Notes under the pieces: generated by a model
Database searches by the model: none
What the model saw: only the letters and a program-made list of their open reading frames with translations
Told to the model about the DNA's origin: nothing
Made by a program: the position numbers and the translations under genes
Part shown: piece after piece, positions 49,471 to 59,523 of the stretch
How the letters are laid out: the number at the start of each line of letters is the position of its first letter
Numbering within the stretch: position 1 is the stretch's first letter
NCBI GenBank assembly: GCA_964291675.2
Contig: OZ219866.1
Coordinates: forward strand, 2,496,001-2,560,000
Length of the DNA: 64,000 bases
Direction of reading: 5' to 3'
Source of the DNA: Alphaproteobacteria bacterium
Lineage (GTDB): Bacteria; Pseudomonadota; Alphaproteobacteria; MPNO01

Positions 49471-50397
49471 ATGAAGGAGCGTGGTCCCTATCGCATCCCG
49501 TCGATCAGCGCGTTGATCGCCTTTGAGAGCGCCGCGAGAAAGGGCAGCTTTACCGGCGCCGCGGAAGAATTGCGCACTTCGCAATCCGCGCTCAGCCGCC
49601 GCATCGCCGCCCTGGAAGACCAGCTCTCGACCCGGCTGTTCGAACGTTCCAGGTCCGGCGTGACGCTGACTCCCGCCGGATTTCGTTTCCGCGATGCAGT
49701 CGTCGCGGGGCTCGGGGTCATTCAGGTCGGCACCGAGGAAGCCGCCGGCCGGCCGGAAACGGGAGACGTGGCGATCGCGTGTTCCCACGACGTGTCCCAG
49801 CTCGTGATGTTCCCGCGCCTCGGCGCGCTGCGGGAAGCGCTCGGCAGCGAGGTCGGGACACGCATCCTGATCCACCGGAGCTCGCCGCAATATCGACACG
49901 TCGAGCCGAACGCCGACATGGTCGTGACCTGGAGCGCCGATGACGCGCTTCCCGGCATCGCCGCCGGCGACGCGGCGGTGATCCTCAGAGAGGAAATACA
50001 GCCGATCTGTTCGCCGGAATATGCCGCCGCCCACGCGGAGATCGTCCGCGGGCCCGTTGCCGGTTGGGGGGCGTTGACCCTCCTCGACCTGTCCCAGCCC
50101 AATATGGGATGGACGTCCTGGTCCGACTGGTTCGAGAGCGCAGGAGGCCCGGCGCAGCCTGCTCGCTTCGAGCTGCTCGACAGCTACATTCAGGTGCTGG
50201 AAGCGACTGCCTGCGGGCGCGGCATCGCCATGGGCTGGCGCCACTTTATCGAGCGCTATCTCGATGCCGGCGCGGTCGTCGCGCTCGGCGGGGGATTTGT
50301 CGAATTCGGCAACAGGCTGGTCGCCGTTCTCACCGAGACCGGCCGCAACAACCCCAACGCCCGGCGATGCCTCTCGCTGCTCCGGCTGTCGGGGTAG
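49471..50397 (+). CDS. LysR family regulator (GcvA-like)
   Basis: IPSISALIAFESAARKGSFTGAAEEL..SQSALS; full effector domain. Confidence 0.92.
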   Translation: MKERGPYRIPSISALIAFESAARKGSFTGAAEELRTSQSALSRRIAALEDQLSTRLFERSRSGVTLTPAGFRFRDAVVAGLGVIQVGTEEAAGRPETGDVAIACSHDVSQLVMFPRLGALREALGSEVGTRILIHRSSPQYRHVEPNADMVVTWSADDALPGIAAGDAAVILREEIQPICSPEYAAAHAEIVRGPVAGWGALTLLDLSQPNMGWTSWSDWFESAGGPAQPARFELLDSYIQVLEATACGRGIAMGWRHFIERYLDAGAVVALGGGFVEFGNRLVAVLTETGRNNPNARRCLSLLRLSG

Positions 50398-50490
50398 CGC
50401 GGACAAGCGGCGACGAAATCGACGGGTACGGGAAGAGTTGGGCGCCCGTTGCGAACCCGCCGGACTCCGCATCGCCCCGCCGAGACGGTC

Positions 50491-50796
50491 TCAGACCGCC
50501 CGGTCGCAATCGGAACGGTTGGCGGCCTCGGCCACGCCGGCCTCGATGACGCACAGACCCTCGACCACCGCATCGCGGAAACGGCAACCCGCTTCGGTGA
50601 GGCTCAGCCCCGACCGCGAGCGTTCGAACAGCCGGATCGACAGCTGTTTCTCGAGCCCCGCCACGCGGCTGCGGACCGCCGATTGGGAGATCCGCAATTC
50701 CTTGGCCGCGCCCGCGAAGCTGCCATTCCGCGCGGCGCTTTCGAACGCGATCAGCGCGCTTTCCGCAGGGATCCGAATTGAGCCTTTGTAAAGCAT
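50491..50796 (-). CDS. HTH-only LysR-type protein
   Basis: IPAESALIAFESAARNGSFAGAAKELRISQSAV; stops after the linker helix. Confidence 0.75.
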   Translation of the reverse strand: MLYKGSIRIPAESALIAFESAARNGSFAGAAKELRISQSAVRSRVAGLEKQLSIRLFERSRSGLSLTEAGCRFRDAVVEGLCVIEAGVAEAANRSDCDRAV

Positions 50797-51099
50797 ATCT
50801 TGTAGAGTATCATACCATATCCCTGACGGAATGTCAAAATTACCAAATCACGGGACGGGTGTTCCGCGGGTTCGCATCTCGCCGCCTTCGATATGTCGAT
50901 ACAGCATGGTTTTCCATCAATTCCGCATTTGCCTTTTGGCCGCGAACCGGATACCGGATTCGGGGGCAGGAAGCACGCTCCGGCGCCTGCATGCGAGACG
51001 CGCACCGGCCGGAGAGGCCGCGGGCCATCGACCGGGAGGCGTTCGCGATGCCGCGGGACGCCGGAACGACAACCCGCCGGGCCCTGAAACAGGTACATC

Positions 51100-51408
51100 A
51101 TGGAACAAATCGACACATACCGGATCCCGTCCGAAGCCACGCTGATCGCGTTCGAGAGCGTCGCCCGGCTGGGCAGCTTCTCGCACGCCGCGGCGGAGCT
51201 GGGCACCGCCCGGTCCACGGTCATGCGCCGGGTCGCCGACCTCGAGCGGCAGCTTGCCACGCGGCTTCTCGAACCGTCCCGGATGGGCCTCGCCCCGACC
51301 GAAGAGGGCCGGCGCCTGTACGAAGCCGTCGCCAGGGGGCTGAGGATCATCGAGGAAGCCGTCGCCGAAGCCGACGCGCCGCCCACGGGTCGCCCGCCGG
51401 ATCAATAG
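51100..51408 (+). CDS. HTH-only LysR-type protein
   Basis: IPSEATLIAFESVARLGSFSHAAAEL; stops after the linker helix. Confidence 0.75.
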   Translation: MEQIDTYRIPSEATLIAFESVARLGSFSHAAAELGTARSTVMRRVADLERQLATRLLEPSRMGLAPTEEGRRLYEAVARGLRIIEEAVAEADAPPTGRPPDQ

Positions 51409-52994
51409 ATCCGCCTCACCGATCGAAGCTGACTCGCGATACTGGTGAACGCCGCCCTCAGGGTCGTCGCGTCGCTGTTGTTGAGGAAGGTGTAGGTTCC
51501 GGTTCGCTCGCCCTGGCTCGAGCATTCGGTGAGGGCGCTACCGAGGTCCCCGGACACCTGGCTCGGCGGCATCGCCGCGACCACGAAAATTTCGGAACCG
51601 GCAGCCTTGACGGAGGTGCATATCTCGGCGCGGTCGTACCCCATCCTGGTACGCGAACAATCCGCGTCTGCCTCGCCGCACTGCGTGTCCTTGCCGTCCG
51701 TGAGCAGCACGATCGCCTTGCGCACGGCGGGGCCCTGGTCCACCGGATGGGTGTTGTCGCCCCAGGCGTCCCGCCACGCCGGCGTGAGCAGCCTTTGTCC
51801 CCACAGCAGGCCCAGCCCGGAATGGGTCAGGCCGCCGCCCGGCACCATCGCGTTGATGTGGTCGACGATGTCCGTCCGTTCGGTCGAGAGCGGGAGCATC
51901 GAGGGTCGGTCGGCCGCGCATTCTCGCTGGGGATCCCGGTTTCCCAGCACGCGGAACGGCCTGGTGGGATGCCGCGGACCGTAGCAATATTGCAACCGGA
52001 GGTCGGAGGGCAGGGGATCCCCCAGGCAGGTATACGCCATATCGATGTCGGCGGGATAGATCGCCTGGGCGAACGCCTTTACCGAAGGATGATCGAACCA
52101 GTCCGCGGCCGACGTGAGGTCCGCGAGGTCGCCGGTCATCCTGTGTTCGTCGAAGCATCCCGCCCAGGCTTCCGGCGCATCGTCGGGCAAATCGTCGATG
52201 ACGGACGGCGGCGTGCAGGCGTCCCGGGGCGAGCACTGGTACGGAAAGCCGTAATAGCGCCTCCCCGGGTATACCGCCCAACTATTGGCGGTCCAGGTGG
52301 CCCGCAATGTCGGGTCCAGCCGCACCCACTGGTCCCACGGCACCACGCCCACCGCGATCCCGCTATCGGCGCTCGGCTGCAATACGTCGACCAGGTCGAT
52401 GGCGGCCTGTTTCACGATCGACATGCGGCTGTCGGAGTCCGCATACCCGACAACGGTGCCCGCCAGATTCCGCGACATGGAGATGCTGACGTCGATGGCG
52501 AGCACGACCTCCACGGTCGATTCGACGGTCTCCACGCCGGCCACGGACGTTATGGTGCCGGGCCCCCTGTAGTCGTAAAGCCAGCTCGATATGAGGGTCT
52601 TTCCGGTGTCCGCCGAGACGGTCGTGTTGACGACCATCAGATCCCGGTCCATGTCGAACGTCATGGCGATGTCCCGGGCGGTCATGTCCGCGTCGTTGAC
52701 GTTCCCGAGCACGTTCAGCACCGCGTATTTGCGCGCGAAGGACAGAACGCTGTCCTGCATGTCGTCGTCGCTCAGCGTGTCCGGCAGGCTGTTGAGCTGC
52801 AGGGTGGCCGCCATGGACGCGGCATCGGCCGCGCTCTTGAGGATGTCGCGCTGCCCGACGAGGTGGTTGTGGTCGATGATCAGCGCGCCGCCGCCCAGGA
52901 TCATGACGATGACCCCGGAGGCGGCGATGCTGGCCGCGCCGCCGCGCGTGTCTCGCAGGAACCGCTCGCTGATCGCCCTGATGGTGTGAAACAT
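51402..52994 (-). CDS. tadG: TadG-like pilus-associated vWA protein, copy 1
   Basis: RFLRDTRGGA pilin-like N-terminus, LKSAADAASMAA, MIDAS IDVSISM...T..G...LLTDG. Confidence 0.88.
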   Translation of the reverse strand: MFHTIRAISERFLRDTRGGAASIAASGVIVMILGGGALIIDHNHLVGQRDILKSAADAASMAATLQLNSLPDTLSDDDMQDSVLSFARKYAVLNVLGNVNDADMTARDIAMTFDMDRDLMVVNTTVSADTGKTLISSWLYDYRGPGTITSVAGVETVESTVEVVLAIDVSISMSRNLAGTVVGYADSDSRMSIVKQAAIDLVDVLQPSADSGIAVGVVPWDQWVRLDPTLRATWTANSWAVYPGRRYYGFPYQCSPRDACTPPSVIDDLPDDAPEAWAGCFDEHRMTGDLADLTSAADWFDHPSVKAFAQAIYPADIDMAYTCLGDPLPSDLRLQYCYGPRHPTRPFRVLGNRDPQRECAADRPSMLPLSTERTDIVDHINAMVPGGGLTHSGLGLLWGQRLLTPAWRDAWGDNTHPVDQGPAVRKAIVLLTDGKDTQCGEADADCSRTRMGYDRAEICTSVKAAGSEIFVVAAMPPSQVSGDLGSALTECSSQGERTGTYTFLNNSDATTLRAAFTSIASQLRSVRRIY

Positions 52995-53275
52995 GATCCC
53001 GGTCGCTTTCCCGATCGCCGTGGGAGGGTTCCGGCCGGCCGCCCTCCGCCGCGCGGCGGGAGGAGCCCGTGCCCGGCCTTCCCGAGGGCGGGGACTGTCT
53101 GCCACGCGGCCCGCCGACGTCAATCCGGCACGCCCGGGGCGCGACCATATGTCTCACACGGGCGGCGCGCTTCCGGGGCGCGGCGCCCGGTGTCGGGCGG
53201 TCGGCGGTGGCAGCCCCGGGTTGCGCCGGGCGCCGTCGCCGACGCCGATGCGCCGCCCGAGGGTCGCCAGTCGGA

Positions 53276-54865
53276 TCAATAGACCCGCCGCACCGATCGA
53301 AGCTGCCTCGCGATATTGGTGAACGCCGCCCTCAAGGCCGTCGAGTCGCTGTTGTTGAGAAAGGCGTAGGTTCCCGGAAAGTCCCCCTGGCTCGAGCAAT
53401 CGGTGAGGGCGGTGCCGAAATCCCCTGACACCTCGCCGGGGGCCATCGCCGCGACGACGAAAATCTCGGAACCGGCGTCCTTGACGGCATCGCATGCGTC
53501 GGCGCGGTCGTAGCCTAGCCTGGTAGCGGAACAATCCGTGTTCCCGTTGCCGCATTGCGTGTCCTCGCCGTCCGTGAGAAGGACGATGGCCTTGCGCACG
53601 TTGGACGCCCGGTCCACCGGATGGGCGTTGTCGCCCCATGCGTCCCGCCACTCGGGCGTCAGCAGCCTTTGCCCCCACAGCAGGCCCAGCCCGGAATGGG
53701 TGTTGCTGCCGCCCGGCACCAGCCCGTCGATGTAGTCGACGATGTCCGTCTGCTCGGTCGAGAGCGGCAGTATCGAGGGCTTGCCGGGCTCGCATCTCCG
53801 CTGCGCGCCCATCCCGGAGCGCACGTGGGGCGAATTGCCGCGACCCGGAGGGCCGTAGCATTCCTGGCGCCGCAAGCTCACGGGCAGCGGCGCGTCCTGG
53901 CAATCGTACGACACGCCGTACTCGGCGGGATAAATGGCTTGGGCGAACGCCTGTTCCGAAGGGTGATCGAACCAGTGCGTCTCCGCCGTGATGTCCGCGA
54001 GGTCGCCGGAAATCCTCTGTTCGTCGAGGCAGCCCTCCCAGGCCGGCGCGCTCGCGGGCATTCTTGCGGTGGCGGAGGGCGGCGTGCAGGTTGCATGGGG
54101 CCGGCATGCGTAGGCGGCGCCGTAATGCCGCCGCCCCGGGAACGTCGCCCAGTTGTTGGCGGTCCAGGTCGCCCGCAATGCCGGATCCAGGCGTACCCAG
54201 AGGTCCCAGGGCACCACCCCCACCGCGATTCCGTTATCGACGCCCGGCTGCAGCACGTTCACCAGGTCGGTCGCGGCCTGTTTCACGATCGACATGCGGC
54301 TGTCGGGGTCGGCATGGCCGACATAGTCGCCGTCGAGGTCGCTATCCATCGAGACGCTGACGTCGATGGCGAGCACGACCTCCACGGTCGGTTCGACACT
54401 CTCCACGCCGGCCTCCGTCGTTATAGTGCCGGGCCCCGCGTGGTCGTAGACCCGGCTGGATAGGAGCGTCTTTCCGGTGCCCGCCGAGACGGTCGCGCCG
54501 ACGATCATCAGATCCCGGTCCATGTCGAACGTCATGGCGACGTCCTCGGCGGTCATGCCCGGGTCGTTGACGTTTCCGAGCACGTTCAGCTCGCCATATT
54601 TGCGCGCGAAGGACAGAACCCTGTCCCGCATGTCGTCGTCGCTCAACGTGTCCGGCAGGCTGTTGAGGCGCAGCGTGGCCGCCATGGACGCGGCATCGGC
54701 CGCGCTCTTGAGAATGTCGCGCTGCCCGACGAGATGGTTGTGGTCGATGATCAGCGCGGAGCCGCCCAGGGTCATGACGATGATCCCCGTGGCGGCGATG
54801 CTGGTGGCGCCGCCGCGCGTGTCTTGCAGGAACCGTCCGCCAATCGCCTTGATACAGTGCAACAT
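53276..54865 (-). CDS. tadG: TadG-like pilus-associated vWA protein, copy 2
   Basis: Colinear paralogue of copy 1; IDVSVSM, LLTDG. Confidence 0.88.
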   Translation of the reverse strand: MLHCIKAIGGRFLQDTRGGATSIAATGIIVMTLGGSALIIDHNHLVGQRDILKSAADAASMAATLRLNSLPDTLSDDDMRDRVLSFARKYGELNVLGNVNDPGMTAEDVAMTFDMDRDLMIVGATVSAGTGKTLLSSRVYDHAGPGTITTEAGVESVEPTVEVVLAIDVSVSMDSDLDGDYVGHADPDSRMSIVKQAATDLVNVLQPGVDNGIAVGVVPWDLWVRLDPALRATWTANNWATFPGRRHYGAAYACRPHATCTPPSATARMPASAPAWEGCLDEQRISGDLADITAETHWFDHPSEQAFAQAIYPAEYGVSYDCQDAPLPVSLRRQECYGPPGRGNSPHVRSGMGAQRRCEPGKPSILPLSTEQTDIVDYIDGLVPGGSNTHSGLGLLWGQRLLTPEWRDAWGDNAHPVDRASNVRKAIVLLTDGEDTQCGNGNTDCSATRLGYDRADACDAVKDAGSEIFVVAAMAPGEVSGDFGTALTDCSSQGDFPGTYAFLNNSDSTALRAAFTNIARQLRSVRRVY

Positions 54866-55070
54866 GATCCTGGTTGCCTTCCCGATCGCCTGAGGATGGT
54901 GCCAGCCGGTCGCTTGCCGCCTGGCGAATGGAGGGGTCGATGCCGCCCCTTACCGAGGGCTGCGACTCTCTGTCACGCGGTCTGGGGGCGTCAATCCGTC
55001 ACGCGGGGGCGCGACACTATGTCTCACCCGGGCGATGCGTCCCCGGCGAGCGGTCCGCGGAGAAGAGGGA

Positions 55071-57179
55071 TCAGAAGTGATACCCTCCGTTGCGCCTGGA
55101 TGCCGGCGCCCGGGATTCGTCGGAGGCATTCCCGGGTTCCACCAGGCGGGCGGTGACGATCACGATCAGCTCGAGTTCGTCGGACCGGGCCGAGCGGTTG
55201 GCGAACAGCATGCCGAAACCCGGCACGTCCTTCAGCACCGGCAGGCCGGCCTCCCGGGCGTTCGACGCGTTGCGGAAGAGCCCCGCGATGACGATCGATT
55301 CGCCGTTGGCGACCTCGACCGTGGTTTCCGCGCGGCGCACGTTGATGACCGGGATGCTGATCCCGGAGATCTGCACCGACCGGTTGATCGACGGCTCCGA
55401 CACTTCGGGCCGGACGTGCAGCGAGATCCTGCTCGAATCGATGACCGTCGGCACGAAGTCCAGCAGGATCCCGTATTTCTTGTATTCGAACAGGAGCACC
55501 CCGTCGTCGAACCCCGTGGGGAGCGGAAATTCCCCGCCCGAGAACAGCGAGGCCGGTTCCCCGGAGATGGCGGTCACGTTGGGCCGCGCCAGGACGTTGG
55601 CCAGCCCGGCCCGGGAGAGCGCGTCGATCACACCCGCGATCCGGGAGGTTCCCGTGTCCCGGCCGAGATACAGGAGCGGCGACCGCTGACCTTCGAAAAT
55701 GGTCTGCGCGGCGTTCACGACGCGTCCGATGCGGAACCCGAACAGGCTGTTGTTGCGCAGCCCGAAGGCTTCCCAGTTGATCCCGAGATCCTCGGAGATC
55801 GAGCGCTGGACTTCCGCGATCTGCACTTCCAGGTTCACCTGCTGCGCGCCGGTGACGCGCAGTTCGTTCTCCACCGGCGTGTTCTCCGGCAGAGACGCGA
55901 CCGCGAGCCGGACGGCGCGCGCCGCCAGCGCGGCGGAATCGACCTCGCCGGTCAGCGCGACCCCGTTCGCGAAGGGCAGGGCGATCACGCCTCCGAGTGC
56001 CGGCTTGCCGGCCAGCGCCGCGCGAAGCGGGCCCAGATCCAGCTCCACGGATATGACCCGGTCCTGGACCTCGCCGTCGGTTCCCACCACGGTGAAGGAG
56101 GTCTTTCCGATGCTCTTGCCGATGATGTACAGCATCTGGGGCGACAGGAGCTGGACATCGGCGATGGCCGGGGAGGCGATCACCACCGATGCCGCATCGC
56201 CGTCGAGCCCGAGACGCAGACCCTGCCTCGGGGCGATCGTCAATCGGCTCCGCGGGTCTCCGTCAGACGCTTCGGCGGGCTCTTCGACCGGTTCGGCGGC
56301 GGTCTCCGGCGCGCTCCGCGGGGCCTCGCGATGGGTCAGCGCAGCGAGGCGGAGCGCAAGACCCGATGCCAACGGCAATCCGATTCCGTCCGCCGCCGGC
56401 GGCCAGCCGGTTTCCGGCAATCGCAGCGCCATGCCGGGCGCGAAAACGAGCGCCAGGGAATAGTTGCGGGGGTCCCGCCGCGCCTGCTCGATCAGGCGGG
56501 ACAGTGCGCCGGCGTCGTCATCCAGCCAGAAGGACGGCTCGTGCTCTTCGAACACCCGGGCGGCGTCGTCGTGGCGCCCGGCGGCGATCAGCATGCGCAC
56601 GAGATTCGCCGCGATCCGGGGATGGTCGGAGGACAGGCGGAGCGCCTCGTCGAAAGCGGCCTCGGCCGCATCCAGGTCGTTGTCGAGCGCGGCGGCGACC
56701 GCGACGGCGTTGGCGATCCACGGCGTCAGCGGCAGGTTCCCGGCGCTGTCACGCGCATCCCGCAGGTACCGCCGGGCCGCGCCGATCTCGTTGCGCGCGA
56801 GCGCCGCCCGCCCGGCGCCGAGCAACGCCTCCGCCCTTATTGCGGGAGCGTTCTCCGCCAGGGCAGCGGATCTCGCGAAAAGACGTTCGGCGTCGGGGTA
56901 GTCGCCGGAGCCGAACGCGACATAGGCGAGGCCGAGGATCGGTTCCGGCGCGCGTTCGAAGCGTCTGGCGAGGGACAGGTACTGCCTGCGAGCCGCCTCG
57001 GGCTGGCCGGCGGAAAGGGCGGCGGCGGCGATCGACAGGTTGTTGCGCAGGATGTTTACGCGTTCGACGCCGTCCTCCGGCGACTGCCGGGATGCGCAAC
57101 CGGCGAGCGCAGCCAGCGCGAGAATCATCACGGCCGTCCGCATGCCGCTCGCGGACGATGGAAGCAATCTCTGGATCAT
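55071..57179 (-). CDS. cpaC: Fusion of a TadD-like TPR lipoprotein and a CpaC/RcpA secretin
   Basis: LAGC lipobox and TPR helices, then VIASPAIADV, QVNLEVQIAEV, LARPNVTAISGEPA, GGEFP, GLPVLKDVP, ELIVIVT; start may be 57143. Confidence 0.85.
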   Translation of the reverse strand: MIQRLLPSSASGMRTAVMILALAALAGCASRQSPEDGVERVNILRNNLSIAAAALSAGQPEAARRQYLSLARRFERAPEPILGLAYVAFGSGDYPDAERLFARSAALAENAPAIRAEALLGAGRAALARNEIGAARRYLRDARDSAGNLPLTPWIANAVAVAAALDNDLDAAEAAFDEALRLSSDHPRIAANLVRMLIAAGRHDDAARVFEEHEPSFWLDDDAGALSRLIEQARRDPRNYSLALVFAPGMALRLPETGWPPAADGIGLPLASGLALRLAALTHREAPRSAPETAAEPVEEPAEASDGDPRSRLTIAPRQGLRLGLDGDAASVVIASPAIADVQLLSPQMLYIIGKSIGKTSFTVVGTDGEVQDRVISVELDLGPLRAALAGKPALGGVIALPFANGVALTGEVDSAALAARAVRLAVASLPENTPVENELRVTGAQQVNLEVQIAEVQRSISEDLGINWEAFGLRNNSLFGFRIGRVVNAAQTIFEGQRSPLLYLGRDTGTSRIAGVIDALSRAGLANVLARPNVTAISGEPASLFSGGEFPLPTGFDDGVLLFEYKKYGILLDFVPTVIDSSRISLHVRPEVSEPSINRSVQISGISIPVINVRRAETTVEVANGESIVIAGLFRNASNAREAGLPVLKDVPGFGMLFANRSARSDELELIVIVTARLVEPGNASDESRAPASRRNGGYHF

Positions 57180-57690
57180 GGGCTCTTCGCACCCGATTTG
57201 GTTGAATACCCCGGCGCATTCCGGCTCGCACTCGAAACGGGCCCGGGATTCGACGGCTAAAGGTGGGCGCTGCGGCTGCCATGTTCAACTGATGATAGAA
57301 ATTCTTCGGTCGGCGCCAGGATTTCGGGCTGCGAGGCAGCGGCCGCCCGAGCGGCCGGCGCATCCCCGAACTGCAATCGGGGATCGTATGTCCGAAAGCC
57401 CCGCCGCCGGGCCGCTCCACGGCCGAATCCGGGTCTTCCTTTTCCGCGAGGATCGCCGGGGCGGGTCCCCGCGATCCGTCCGGCGGTCATCACGGATGCG
57501 CGAGGCGCACGGGCGGTGGCATTGACACCGTGCCGGCAGTGACAACATTCAGCGCACATCCGAGCCCGGAATGCGGGAGCGAGGATCGCTTGACAAACCT
57601 TGTCGCCACGTCGCCCGGCGGCACTATTGCGGATCGCGCCGTCCGGTTGTCGTTCGACCCGGCGCGCGACGGCGCTGTTGGAGGTGTGTG

Positions 57691-58107
57691 TTGCTTGAGT
57701 TCTGGCGCCGGCATTGCCGGCCTTGCGTTGCAGCGGCGCTTGTTCCCGCATCGTTCCTCGGCGGATGCGTAACTCAGCTTGTCGTGCACGATCCCTATTT
57801 CTCCCCTTTCGCGCCGGCGGGGCGGGACAACGCCGCGGATGCGCGGCAGGCATTGACGGACGGTCGGTCGGTGCAGGCCCTGCAGGCGGCCTGTGCCCCG
57901 GCCGGGTCGGGCGCGGAGGCGACCGACCGCGCGGAGCTCGATGCCGCGGGCGGGCGCAAGGCGCTCGAAGAGCTGTGCGCCGCCTGGCGCGGCCGTCCGC
58001 CGGAATCGCACGGCGCGATCTCGAATGCGCACCGGCGATGGGTTGAGGACAACCGTCGTCGGTTGCCCTCCCTGTCCGCGACCGCCGCTTCCGCCGGCGG
58101 CGGCTGA
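57691..58107 (+). CDS. Putative Tad-associated lipoprotein
   Basis: GGAGG RBS, TTG/GTG start, FLGGC lipobox; first gene of the plus-strand tad operon. Confidence 0.55.
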   Translation: MLEFWRRHCRPCVAAALVPASFLGGCVTQLVVHDPYFSPFAPAGRDNAADARQALTDGRSVQALQAACAPAGSGAEATDRAELDAAGGRKALEELCAAWRGRPPESHGAISNAHRRWVEDNRRRLPSLSATAASAGGG

Positions 58108-58152
58108 TGCCCGGCCGGGGCGGTCCGGCCCCGCCCCTTCGGTGATCCGACT

Positions 58153-59282
58153 ATGGCGCCATCTTCCAAACGACTATACGCCGCGGGTTCGCCGTCGACG
58201 CCGAGACGGAACGCGCGCTGCGCGCCGGGCTCCCCGGCCGCGAGGTCAAGATCCAGCGCGGGCCCCTGTCGGCCGCGCTGCGCGCATTGGCGACCGAGCC
58301 GCCGTCGAGGCTCGTCTTCGTCGACCTGGACGGCGTCCCGGACCCGGAGACCGCGGCTGCTCAGCTCAGCGAGATATGCGCCTTCGAGACCGCGCTGGTG
58401 GCGATCGGCTCGACCGATACCGCCGCATTCAGCCGCGCGCTGCTGCGACGCGGAATCGCCGACTACCTGGTAAAGCCGGTTTCGCCCGTCGTCGTCCGCG
58501 AGGCCAGCAAGGCTGCGACGGAGGAAGCGCCGGAGCAGGCCTATGCCGGACGCGTCGTCACCTTTGTCGGCAGCCCGGGCAGCGGAACCTCGACGGTGGT
58601 TTCGGCGATCGCGTACGGGATAGCGGCCGGCGGCCGGTCGGCCTCCGTCGTCGACCTCGACCCCATATCGGGAAAGATCCCGGCCCTGCTCGCCACCGAA
58701 CCGAAGGGCAGCCTGTCCATGCTCCTGGACTCGCTGGCTCCGGCGGCGTCCGAAGCCGACGACCCGGCCGTCGACCCGGAGCAGCTCGACGCGGTGATCG
58801 CCCCGGTCGCGTCCGGCGTGTCGCTGATCGGGTATCCGCTGGCCGGGACCCTGCCGCAGCGGCCCGCGCTGCCGGCGCTGTGCGTGCTGCTGAAACATCT
58901 CGCCAACCGGGCGCATGTCGTACTGGTGACCGGCATGTCCGAGCCGGGCATGGAGCTGGATGTCATGCGCTGGGCCGATGCCCGCATGCTGCTCTACGAG
59001 CCCACCCTGCCCAGCATCAGCGCGGCGGTGCGTCGACTTGCCTGGCTCGGCCCCGATCACCCGGCGCGGATCGTCCAGAGCCTTCCCCGGATGCGCCGCT
59101 ACGCGCTGTCCTCCGCTCACATCCGGTACGCGCTTGCCGAGCGCATTCCGGACGCCGTCGTCCCGTTCGATCCGGCATTCCGCGAGGGCACCGCGGCCGC
59201 GGCGCTGGGCGGGCTGGGCAAGCCCTGCCGGGAGTCGCTCGACCGGATCGCGGACCTCGTCGCGCGGGGCGCGGGTGCTTAG
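58153..59282 (+). CDS. cpaE: CpaE/TadZ-like protein 1 (receiver-like plus MinD-like), apparent frameshift near 58185
   Basis: LVFVDLDG, GIADYLVKP, VGSPGSGTST, VVDLD; MAPSSKRLYAA joins GFAVDAETERAL if one base is added. Confidence 0.75.
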
Positions 59283-59523
59283 CCGCGACCGGCGCCGCTG
59301 CTGCGTCGATCCGCCGCACTGACCCCCGCGAGCAACCCCCGATACCGAAAAACGCTTCTGGTTTCATTACCTTACGCCGGTTCGACCGGGCGCCCGCGGA
59401 GTGCCGCCAGCCGTTTCGCGGCGCGCTTCCGGGAGAGCATCGTTGACGGAAATCGCCGATCCCAATAATACCGCTGCCGCTATGAAGAAATGCTTTTCAG
59501 TCATGTCAAACGGGTGCAGCGAC

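Larger units (their letters stand above)
51358..55034. repeat. Diverged tandem duplication, unit about 1.87 kb (tadG, its promoter and the tail of the mini-LysR)
   Basis: 51358 GCCGTCGCCGAAGCCGACGCGCCG matches 53232 GCCGTCGCCGACGCCGATGCGCCG; upstream blocks at about 53080-53164 and 54950-55034 also align. Confidence 0.85.

Noticed and set aside
58143-58145. Second selenocysteine UGA in cpaE1
   Set aside because: No redox motif and no Cys expected there; a frameshift from ATG 58153 explains the data better
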